Source of the DNA: a virus
DNA length: 54,538 nt
IMG/VR virus record: IMGVR_UViG_3300029220_000010
Direction: 5' to 3' (one strand)
The number at the start of each line of letters is the position of its first letter. The first letter of the stretch is position 1. Below the pieces are notes generated by a model, which did no database searches, was not told the DNA's origin, and worked only from the letters and a program-made list of their open reading frames with translations. This document shows, in pieces, positions 42,717 to 49,891 of this stretch. A program made the translations under genes and the position numbers.

Positions 42717-44081
42717 TTTTTCTATAAAATGATAGATTGGAAGCAGAATTCCGATATATCCTTTTTTGTACATGACATTCATTAGTGATTTCATTCCAAT
42801 TGCGCTTTCGATAGATCTTTGAATGGAAATTACGTCATTTATCCTGGTCCCATGCATCGGTTTTAATTTTAGAACAACATATTGATTCGTGCATAATGAA
42901 CCATCTATCATAACCATTAATCCAACTTCGCTGTACATATGCAATATTTTATCAGAAACTTCTTTGATTTTTTCATCTGATATTATTTGACTTATGACAG
43001 AATCGTTTGTAAGATTATCAAATCGTTTTTCGTTATATTTTACGTTTCCTCCAGTAACATCGTCTGTATAATTTTGCTCTTTGTCCAGTTCACAATTTGC
43101 AACACACAGAGAAGCGAAAGCATCGGAAAAATCCTTTATGCGTTCATTCTCTTCTCTTTTAACTTTCTCTTCTGTGGAAAATGTTCGGAAAGTTGTATTT
43201 GAAAAAGCTACATCTATATCTTCTGGTGATGCAAGAACTTCTCTTGGATGTGTCCCGAACTCAGAACTGACAATTCCCATTTTTTCAAGCTGTTTCAAAA
43301 TGCGATCCGCACGATAAAAACCAATTTTATAAGTTCTTTGTAACATTCCAACAGAAGCTTTCCCGTTTTTGATAAATAGTTCTGATGCTTCTTTTAAGTA
43401 AGGATCTGGATTTTCAACAACTGCATATTTGAGCTCAAAATGATTTTTGGGAATTGATGTTTTTTGAACATCATTCTGATTCTTCCTTTTGTTAATTCGT
43501 TCAGTTGGAATCTCTATATTATCTATCTTAATTTCTTTTTCTGAAACAGTTTTTCTTTCGACATCCAATTTGTTTAAGTCTTCGACAAGAGTTTTGTACT
43601 CATGTTCAAGAACAGCATTGGCACGATCGGTTAGAGATTTTTCTTTAGTAACAAGACGATATGCGCTATCATCAAATTGCAAAGTGTCAGTGTCTTTTTT
43701 CTTGTCTTCTTTTATCAAATATGAGAACAGATATGTTAACCCACCCAAAATTGCTATGTTTAGTATGAATAAGAATATAGTACCAATTATACCATTTTCT
43801 TTCACATACTTTGTCCAGTTTGCAAAAAAATTAATCGTCTGAAAGAGCGTTAATATTCCAAATAAAATTTCCGCCAATACAAGCAATGTAATTTTAAAAC
43901 CAGGAGAATCATGTTGGCCAGAAGATTTCTCTAAATTCTTTTGAAAAGTATAGAGCTTTTTTCGCCTGTTTTTCTTCCTAAGTTCTTTCTTGCGCTTTTT
44001 AGCACGTTTCTTCTGCATTTTTCGGTTGTACGCAGTTCTTGTTACAGCACGTTTTATGTAATGATATTGGCTCGGACGCAT
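42690..44081 (-). CDS. FtsK-like membrane protein lacking the ATPase motor (TM, coiled coil, gamma domain, alpha-like domain)
   Basis: DPYLKEASELFIKNGKASVGMLQRTYKIGFYRADRILKQLEKMGIVS...PREVL matches the FtsK gamma domain. Two TM segments are present. I found no Walker A motif. Confidence 0.65.
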   Translation of the reverse strand: MRPSQYHYIKRAVTRTAYNRKMQKKRAKKRKKELRKKNRRKKLYTFQKNLEKSSGQHDSPGFKITLLVLAEILFGILTLFQTINFFANWTKYVKENGIIGTIFLFILNIAILGGLTYLFSYLIKEDKKKDTDTLQFDDSAYRLVTKEKSLTDRANAVLEHEYKTLVEDLNKLDVERKTVSEKEIKIDNIEIPTERINKRKNQNDVQKTSIPKNHFELKYAVVENPDPYLKEASELFIKNGKASVGMLQRTYKIGFYRADRILKQLEKMGIVSSEFGTHPREVLASPEDIDVAFSNTTFRTFSTEEKVKREENERIKDFSDAFASLCVANCELDKEQNYTDDVTGGNVKYNEKRFDNLTNDSVISQIISDEKIKEVSDKILHMYSEVGLMVMIDGSLCTNQYVVLKLKPMHGTRINDVISIQRSIESAIGMKSLMNVMYKKGYIGILLPIYHFIEKEKNPTTGK

Positions 44082-44129
44082 TTCAACAGCTCCTTATTAT
44101 CTTTTTAAGAAGTATATAGTATGCTATGA

Positions 44130-44615
44130 TTATATTCTATTAAGTATTTTTCTTTTCTTTTCTTCGAATTCTTTCTTATTGATTGCTCCACAGTCAAGAA
44201 GTTCTTTTAATGCTTTTAGCTGATTTAGATCATTTGCAACTTCTGCGGTAGATTCTGGTTTGTCGCTTATCTTTTTGTTTAGAAAATCCATAAATTCTTT
44301 ATATCTTTTTTTGTAATCTTTTCCTATAACCGAAAGAAGTAAAGAATTTGGATCATTTTTAACCGTCTTCTTCCAGCCTTTGTCCATCCATTTTATTTTC
44401 TTGGCCTGTTCTCCCGGAATTATAAATTGTATATATCCAGGTCCACACCAAACACTTGGTTCCTTGCATGTTATACCGCTAATGTTTTGATAATAGAATT
44501 TTCTCCCTTGTTTTCGAGAATCTGTTACATACATAGGAATAATCTCTACATATTCATCATAAGCAACAAGTTTCCCGAAAAAGCTATCTAATTCCAAGAC
44601 CTTTTTATTCTGCAT
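44130..44615 (-). CDS. PH-like (DUF4429-type) plus SHOCT domain protein
   Basis: GGAGGT SD. C-terminal LKELLDCGAINKKEFEEKKRKIL is a SHOCT motif. Confidence 0.6.
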   Translation of the reverse strand: MQNKKVLELDSFFGKLVAYDEYVEIIPMYVTDSRKQGRKFYYQNISGITCKEPSVWCGPGYIQFIIPGEQAKKIKWMDKGWKKTVKNDPNSLLLSVIGKDYKKRYKEFMDFLNKKISDKPESTAEVANDLNQLKALKELLDCGAINKKEFEEKKRKILNRI

Positions 44616-44641
44616 ATAAGTACCTCCGCATACATAGTATG

Positions 44642-45376
44642 CTATCTTCTTAATACCGCAATCACAACTCCAAACCTTACCCATTGTTCCATGTCTTCAA
44701 AACTATTTGGATCAACTTCTATGACATCACCGAAGCCGTTGATCGGGACTAACTTTATCTTACCTCTCTGCACATACCGCCTTATATACGCACGTCCTGT
44801 TTCTTTATGTATAATAATCACGGTATCACCGTTTCTTGGCACTCTTTTGGATATGCAGATGATATCACCCTTTACATATACAGGGAGCAAGTGGTTGCTC
44901 GTTATCTTTATGCCACAATGTAATGTCTCACCGTACTTTTTTATGTATTCCGGGCAGTATATCCGTTCTTCGTGTGAAGAATCCAATATCATACCGTCAG
45001 CCATCTCACCAGTGGGGCATAGAACATCCAACATGTTTTCGGGATCCGTTTCCAATACTTTCATAGAGATTTCATAATCCATCTTACCAAGAATATACGC
45101 ACGTTGTCTGTCGGTCAATTGCCTGTACTTTCCCAATACCTCGTATTCCTTAGAAGAATACCCTAAGAGATCAGGGATAGATTTATGAGTTAGTTCCGAC
45201 AACCTTAGTGCTAAGAAAACGTCAAGATTATTAGTCTTCCGCGAAACGATATTTTTGTATGTGGACACAGAAACACCCAGCATCTTGGAGAAGAGAACTT
45301 GCGTAAAATCAAGGCTTTTCCGCTCTTCTTCGATGTTATGTGCAAAGTTATCCAGCATTTCATTTTTCGTTAGCAT
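44642..45376 (-). CDS. CI/LexA-like phage repressor (XRE HTH plus S24-like C-terminal domain)
   Basis: HTH at FTQVLFSKMLGVSVSTYKNIV. C-terminal GDIICISKRVPRNGDTVII...IRRYV resembles the S24 fold. Confidence 0.8.
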   Translation of the reverse strand: MLTKNEMLDNFAHNIEEERKSLDFTQVLFSKMLGVSVSTYKNIVSRKTNNLDVFLALRLSELTHKSIPDLLGYSSKEYEVLGKYRQLTDRQRAYILGKMDYEISMKVLETDPENMLDVLCPTGEMADGMILDSSHEERIYCPEYIKKYGETLHCGIKITSNHLLPVYVKGDIICISKRVPRNGDTVIIIHKETGRAYIRRYVQRGKIKLVPINGFGDVIEVDPNSFEDMEQWVRFGVVIAVLRR

Positions 45377-45401
45377 TATGTCACATCCTGTCGAAAAGGC
45401 T

Positions 45402-45461
45402 AATATCTTGGCTATTCTTCATTATTTTTATAAGAAAAATATGATATTTTAGCCAACATCT
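45402..45461. promoter_or_regulatory. Divergent regulatory region with inverted half-sites
   Basis: ATATCTTGGCTAT (45402-45414) and TTAGCCAACATCT (45449-45461) form an imperfect inverted repeat. Confidence 0.35.
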
Positions 45462-45557
45462 TGACTATAGTTTCGAGTTATAATTTATTTAAGTATTACA
45501 ATGTATCATTATAAAACAAAAATGGCACTTGTCAAGCCATTGATAGGAGGTAATCTA

Positions 45558-45716
45558 ATGGGAAAGGACGAAATGAACAGCAAGAGCAACAAAACATGGA
45601 CTGATACTTATGAAAACGAAATCAAGCGGATGATAAAAGGAATCCGTGACCCACGCTTAATGCGTTACATCTATCTTGTGGTAAAAGATGCTATCAGCGA
45701 AAACATTGACAGATAG
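45558..45716 (+). CDS. Small early protein (52 aa), paralogue 1
   Basis: AGGAGGT SD then ATG 45558; contains TYENEIKRMIKGIRDPRLMRYIYLVVK. Confidence 0.5.
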   Translation: MGKDEMNSKSNKTWTDTYENEIKRMIKGIRDPRLMRYIYLVVKDAISENIDR

Positions 45717-45735
45717 CAAACATATGTTCTATAAT
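45706..45735 (+). promoter_or_regulatory. Sigma-70-type promoter
   Basis: TTGACA, 18-nt spacer, TATAAT. Confidence 0.55.
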
Positions 45736-45783
45736 GTAAGTAATCGCTACTGGAATGACGTGTCGGATATTGGAGGGATTTAT

Positions 45784-45903
45784 GTGGACGAAAAGAAAAC
45801 CATAGAAACGTATCAAGATGAAGTTATAAAATTAATAAAAAAAGTAAAAAATCCAAAATGGTTAACTTACATATATGCTTATGTAAAAAAATTCATTGAA
45901 TAA
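45784..45903 (+). CDS. Small early protein (39 aa), paralogue 2
   Basis: GGAGGG SD 6 nt before GTG 45784; contains TYQDEVIKLIKKVKNPKWLTYIYAYVK. Confidence 0.45.
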   Translation: MDEKKTIETYQDEVIKLIKKVKNPKWLTYIYAYVKKFIE

Positions 45904-45913
45904 TTAGCAAAAA

Positions 45914-45950
45914 AGAAAGACAAGGACTTGCGCATTGCCCTTGTCTTTCT
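45914..45950. terminator. Bidirectional terminator
   Basis: Perfect 12-bp stem AGAAAGACAAGG/CCTTGTCTTTCT, flanked by A-runs and T-runs. Confidence 0.8.
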
Positions 45951-45952
45951 TT

Positions 45953-46330
45953 TTATTTTTCTTTTTCAGAAATCATGTCCACTAAATGTTCTAAACTTTC
46001 CCAACCTTTTTCATCCAATCTTGCCAAAGCTGAAATAAGTCGGCATTTAAAATCATTTTCGTCTGCTTTTTGAAGATCTGATAATAAATTAGAAATCTCA
46101 ATTGCTTTTGGATTATCTATCAGCATATCTCCGTCACCAGTTCTCAGCCATAATTCATTTATTCCATATTCCTTACAAATTAATGCGATTGCCGCATCAC
46201 TTGGAATGCTGCGCCCCATTTCATAAGTTGCCACTGTGTTTCGCTTCACTTTAATTCTGTCTGCAAATTCTTGCTGAGTAACATGAAAATAATTCCTGAC
46301 TTCTTTTATTCTGTCTTTCGTGTTGTTCAC
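45953..46330 (-). CDS. XRE-family HTH transcriptional regulator
   Basis: VTQQEFADRIKVKRNTVATYEMGRSIPSDAAI. GTG start with an unusually close SD, so the start is uncertain. Confidence 0.8.
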   Translation of the reverse strand: MNNTKDRIKEVRNYFHVTQQEFADRIKVKRNTVATYEMGRSIPSDAAIALICKEYGINELWLRTGDGDMLIDNPKAIEISNLLSDLQKADENDFKCRLISALARLDEKGWESLEHLVDMISEKEK

Positions 46331-46359
46331 CTCCTGTCTGTAAATCTAATATAACACAA

Positions 46360-46380
46360 AATGTTGAAAAAATCAACATT
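46360..46380. promoter_or_regulatory. Perfect palindromic operator
   Basis: AATGTTGA-AAAAA-TCAACATT. Extra half-sites AATGTT (46392) and ATCAACA (46423) flank the promoter. Confidence 0.6.
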
Positions 46381-46385
46381 AACTA

Positions 46386-46414
46386 TTGACAAATGTTTTA
46401 TACCGACATATAAT
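46386..46414 (+). promoter_or_regulatory. Consensus sigma-70 promoter (rightward early)
   Basis: TTGACA, 17-nt spacer, TATAAT. Confidence 0.7.
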
Positions 46415-46447
46415 TGTTTTAGAATCAACAAGGAGGTGATAGCAAAG

Positions 46448-46585
46448 ATGAAAAATAAAATTATTGAATTATCAATAATGGCGGTATTCATTATCGTTAT
46501 TTCAAGGAAATTTGACGATATAGATAAAAAGCTTATGCAGATTAAAGAAAGTTACAACATTACTGGGAAAAAGCTTACTTATTAA
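46448..46585 (+). CDS. Small membrane protein (45 aa)
   Basis: AAGGAGGTG SD; TM segment IIELSIMAVFIIVI. Confidence 0.5.
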   Translation: MKNKIIELSIMAVFIIVISRKFDDIDKKLMQIKESYNITGKKLTY

Positions 46586-46646
46586 GTTCAATAATTTCTT
46601 TTACTAAATACTCAACAAGAATCGGGATTGATTCGTTTATTGCTCT

Positions 46647-46772
46647 TTACATTGCAATATCAGCACCGTATTTATCCAGATATTTTTCGTAGCAATCAGA
46701 ATAAGATTTTTTGTAAAGCTTGATTGCCGAATCTGATATCATCTGTGCAAGTTTTTTAGAATCGATTTCCAT
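46647..46772 (-). CDS. Small hypothetical protein (41 aa)
   Basis: AAGGAGGTG SD on the minus strand, ATG, MEIDSKKLAQMISDSAIKLYKK... Confidence 0.45.
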   Translation of the reverse strand: MEIDSKKLAQMISDSAIKLYKKSYSDCYEKYLDKYGADIAM

Positions 46773-46831
46773 TATAAGAGCACCTCCTTTGTATTGATAC
46801 AAGGAGTATAGCACAGAAAGGAAGTGAGTGC

Positions 46832-46981
46832 ATGAGCGAGAAAGAAAAAAAGATAGTTGAGAAGATAAAAAAGGCAATGCCGAACTTATCAGAATTTGAC
46901 AAAGGTTATTTTCTCGGCAAAGTAGAAAGTCTGGCAGATGAAGCAGAAAAGAAGCCGGACACTCCGGCGAAAAAAACCTAA
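46832..46981 (+). CDS. Small hypothetical protein (49 aa)
   Basis: GAAAGGAAGTG then ATG 46832; MSEKEKKIVEKIKKAMPNLSEFDKGYFLGK... Confidence 0.4.
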   Translation: MSEKEKKIVEKIKKAMPNLSEFDKGYFLGKVESLADEAEKKPDTPAKKT

Positions 46982-47382
46982 TGGATGCCGGAACCATAAC
47001 AATTGAATACAGGTAGGTGACGATACGGAAAGGAAAAGAAAAGTATTGAACTGAAATGCAATGGAAGAGCCAAGAGTTGATATGGAGCTGAAATGTCAAG
47101 CACTGAATGTAACTGAGATGGAAGCGAATGGCAGAGATGTGAAAAGAAATGATATGGCTTTGTGACGCTTAGCACGGATTTGAAAAGTAGCAGATCAGCA
47201 TGAACAGACACGAAAAGATAAGGAATTGAAGAGAGAAGCTCTGAAACGGAATAGCATGGAATAGCCTTGAAAAGGAAAGGAGATGCTTTGAATTGGAAAA
47301 GCTGAGCACAGTTTTGACAAGGAAGCGAAGAGCGTAGAGTGGTAAAGCAACCAGAACAAATTGAAAAGGAGAAAACAGTATC
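46982..47382 (+). other. About 400-nt purine-dominated, ORF-free leader region
   Basis: All + strand frames are closed after short runs. The sequence is dominated by G/A words (GGAA, GAAA, ATGGAAG). Confidence 0.6.
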
Positions 47383-48054
47383 ATGAAAGAACTGAAAGTA
47401 AGAATTACGTTCACTGAGGAAGTATTAGGTTCACAGTGTGCGGATAAGGAGATTCACCGGACTTATATTGCATCAAAAGCACCGGATGCACCGTCCCGTG
47501 AGGACGAAGTAGCAACATTGGGTGTAGATGCAGTGGAAGAGAAATCAATGACGATTTTCCACAAATACGAAGACGGAAAGCCGTTCGTATATGACTACCA
47601 GGTAAAAGGCATGTTCAAAGATTCATGCGGAATGCTCCGTAAGGTTAAAGGTAGTGAATCATCAAAAATCAAGGCGTACAAAAAGGAGATTGACGGTCTT
47701 ATTTTTGTGAAAGAACGCAAAATACCTCTGATTTTTGACGGGGATATGGGAACGTGTCAGAGACCGCTCCGGGCAAATACACCACAGGGAGAAAGGATAT
47801 CCCTTGCATGTTCAGAGACCGTTCCGGTTGGCACAACAATGGAATTTACCGTTCAGTGTATGCTAGATAGCCATGTAAAACTCATAAAAGAATGGCTTAA
47901 CTACGGAGAATTGAGAGGTTTTTCACAGTGGCGAAACTCAGGCAAAGGGCGCTATGTTTGGGACGAACTGGACAAAAACGGGAACATCATTGGCGGTAAT
48001 AACGTACATAAAAAGGTGAAAAAAACAGGTACGAAAGGCAGTAAAAAAGCCTAA
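47383..48054 (+). CDS. Conserved phage early protein of unknown function with a Lys-rich tail
   Basis: 223 aa; AAAGGAGAAAA SD; contains RPLRANTPQGERISLACSE and GELRGFSQWRNSGKGRYVW. Confidence 0.6.
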   Translation: MKELKVRITFTEEVLGSQCADKEIHRTYIASKAPDAPSREDEVATLGVDAVEEKSMTIFHKYEDGKPFVYDYQVKGMFKDSCGMLRKVKGSESSKIKAYKKEIDGLIFVKERKIPLIFDGDMGTCQRPLRANTPQGERISLACSETVPVGTTMEFTVQCMLDSHVKLIKEWLNYGELRGFSQWRNSGKGRYVWDELDKNGNIIGGNNVHKKVKKTGTKGSKKA

Positions 48055-48124
48055 AAATATTTATTTTTCAATGTATTCAAATTATTGGAAAGGTAAATGC
48101 GAAAATGGCAGTTGATTTTTGGTC

Positions 48125-48400
48125 AAATCGCAAGCCACTTAGCAAGCCACAACCCTTGAAAAATAAGGGCAAAACGGTAACTGGTCGCAAGCCAAACGAC
48201 ACTCAGATAACAATCAATTGACGAGCCAAAATTAAAGAAATTTTCAAAAAATCGAAAATTTTGACAAGCCAGTTGACAAGCAAATGACAAGCTAAAACCC
48301 TTGAAAAATAAGGCAAAACTGCTTGTCAAGTTAAAACGGTTAGCAAGCCACATAACAATCAATTAACAATCAATTCGCAAGCCAGTTGACAACAATAGAA
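48125..48400. repeat. Iteron array, probable origin of replication
   Basis: GCAAGCCA occurs at 48130, 48142, 48187, 48343 and 48377, plus ACAAGC(C/A/T)A variants. ACCCTTGAAAAATAAGG(G)CAAAAC occurs twice and AACAATCAATT three times. An AT-rich block follows. Confidence 0.65.
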
Positions 48401-48609
48401 GAATATAAAGAAGAATAAGAATAAAAAGAATATAGATATATGTCAGACACAATCGGTCTGACGATAAAAGGGACATAAAAAGTGCCCCGCTGGTACCGAC
48501 ATACCAGACAGGGCGGTGTACCGCTAACGAACACTTAGCGAATACAGGTTTATATTATAACACATTCTCCTGTAATTCGCAAATCTGAGGAACAGGAGGA
48601 AAAACACGT

Positions 48610-48717
48610 ATGACAATGGCAACAGAGATCATCCGCAAGTTGAAAAGAAAACTAATCTTTTGGCGTTGCTTATGGTTTGTCACATTCATTGCAATGCTGA
48701 CACTTATGATCGGGTAG
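48610..48717 (+). CDS. Micro-ORF, 35-aa hydrophobic peptide
   Basis: AGGAGGA SD; MTMATEIIRKLKRKLIFWRCLWFVTFIAMLTLMIG. Confidence 0.4.
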   Translation: MTMATEIIRKLKRKLIFWRCLWFVTFIAMLTLMIG

Positions 48718-48729
48718 GAGGTATAGCGC

Positions 48730-48813
48730 ATGGAAGACAAGCTTAACTACTACAGGATAGCACTTGTGATAACACTATACGCATTGGCGGTTATGATAGC
48801 CGGATGTGTATAA
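48730..48813 (+). CDS. Micro-ORF, 27-aa hydrophobic peptide
   Basis: TAGGAGGT SD; MEDKLNYYRIALVITLYALAVMIAGCV. Confidence 0.35.
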   Translation: MEDKLNYYRIALVITLYALAVMIAGCV

Positions 48814-48894
48814 AAAAGAGTGCCGATGGAAAATCCAGTCAAGCACTCAGAAAAACATTCAAAAAAATTATAACACATGAAAGGAGATTTGAAC

Positions 48895-49107
48895 ATGGGG
48901 GAAGAGAAAAAAGAAAACGATACAAGGGCAATGATGCAGGCGTATATAGAACTTGGTAAAAAACTGAACACGGAAAAAGTGATGGAATCATACGCTTATA
49001 TGCATGGACAGTTAGAAGTTTTAAGGAGATATGTAATGAACCGCGAATACATAGACAGCAAAGATATAATCGCAATGATGGGATGGGATGAAGATGGAGA
49101 ACATTGA
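48895..49107 (+). CDS. Hypothetical protein
   Basis: AAAGGAGA SD then ATG 48895; 70 aa. Confidence 0.5.
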   Translation: MGEEKKENDTRAMMQAYIELGKKLNTEKVMESYAYMHGQLEVLRRYVMNREYIDSKDIIAMMGWDEDGEH

Positions 49108-49267
49108 AGGATATGACCATTGGAAGACCATACCGCCGGAGCCGGAACCAGTAACTTACTGTAGCTCATGCGGTGTGCCGATGTATGAGGGTGAATATCT
49201 ATACACGGTAGACGGTGAGAAGCTATGCGAAGATTGCTTGAATGACATGTATAGGAGGATGTTATAA
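49088..49267 (+). CDS. Small zinc-ribbon protein (59 aa)
   Basis: Read by hand: ...YCSSCGVPMYEGEYLYTVDGEKLCEDCLNDMY. Its stop abuts the next ATG. Confidence 0.45.
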   Translation: MKMENIEGYDHWKTIPPEPEPVTYCSSCGVPMYEGEYLYTVDGEKLCEDCLNDMYRRML

Positions 49268-49891
49268 ATGGCACTTAAAAGCTACGAGGAATTAGTGAAA
49301 GTCGATGTAAGCCAGTATTGCGAAAAGCGAGATGGATTCACGTATTTGAACTGGGCGAAATGTATTGAACTGCTGAGACAGAATGGTGCTACCGAGGTGT
49401 ATTGGGAGCCAATTCCTGATCCACAAACCGGAAGCAGCCTTAGAAAAACAGACATCGAGTTTAAGGACAAGAACAATAATACAAATCGTTGTTATGAAAC
49501 ACGAATAAAAGTTGTGATTGACGATAAAGAGTATGAGATGCAGACGCCAGTAATGAACGGCGCAAATCCAGTAAAGGACAACTCCATGAGCCAACAGAGA
49601 GTATGGAACAGCATGTGCAGAGCGTTTGTGAAGTGCGTGGCTATTCATACTGGACTTGGATTTAACTTATGGTTGAAAGAAGAATACAACAAACTGGAAG
49701 CACAGATTCCTGGAACTGGAGAGAATCTTGCATCAGAAGCAAAAAAGAAAACGCTTAAAACGCAGTGTACGGCACACGGCATTGATTTAGAAGCTTGGGT
49801 ATGCGGAAATGGAAAGACGGTGGACACACTTACAGAAACAGAATGCGCAATGATGCTGAATGCGATTAAGAAAAAGTATGGTGATGATTAA
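49268..49891 (+). CDS. Rad52-like single-strand annealing protein (Sak/DUF1071 type)
   Basis: FTYLNWAKCIELLRQNG...PVMNGANPVKDNSMSQQRVWNSMCRAFVKCVAIHTGLGFNLW. Confidence 0.7.
   Translation: MALKSYEELVKVDVSQYCEKRDGFTYLNWAKCIELLRQNGATEVYWEPIPDPQTGSSLRKTDIEFKDKNNNTNRCYETRIKVVIDDKEYEMQTPVMNGANPVKDNSMSQQRVWNSMCRAFVKCVAIHTGLGFNLWLKEEYNKLEAQIPGTGENLASEAKKKTLKTQCTAHGIDLEAWVCGNGKTVDTLTETECAMMLNAIKKKYGDD

Noticed and set aside
46773-47414. Three overlapping minus-strand ORFs (upstream part of 46647-47099, 46978-47211, 47169-47414)
   Set aside because: Stop-free reading here is a by-product of the purine-rich + strand. The products are S/F/L-rich nonsense, with no SDs, and one overlaps the start of the + gene at 47383. 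Only the last 41 codons (46647-46772), which have an AAGGAGGTG SD, were kept.
48123-48362. 79-aa minus-strand ORF over the iteron region
   Set aside because: It is an artefact of repeated GCAAGCCA/TTGACAAGC units (repetitive WLAxxx peptide) and has no ribosome-binding site.
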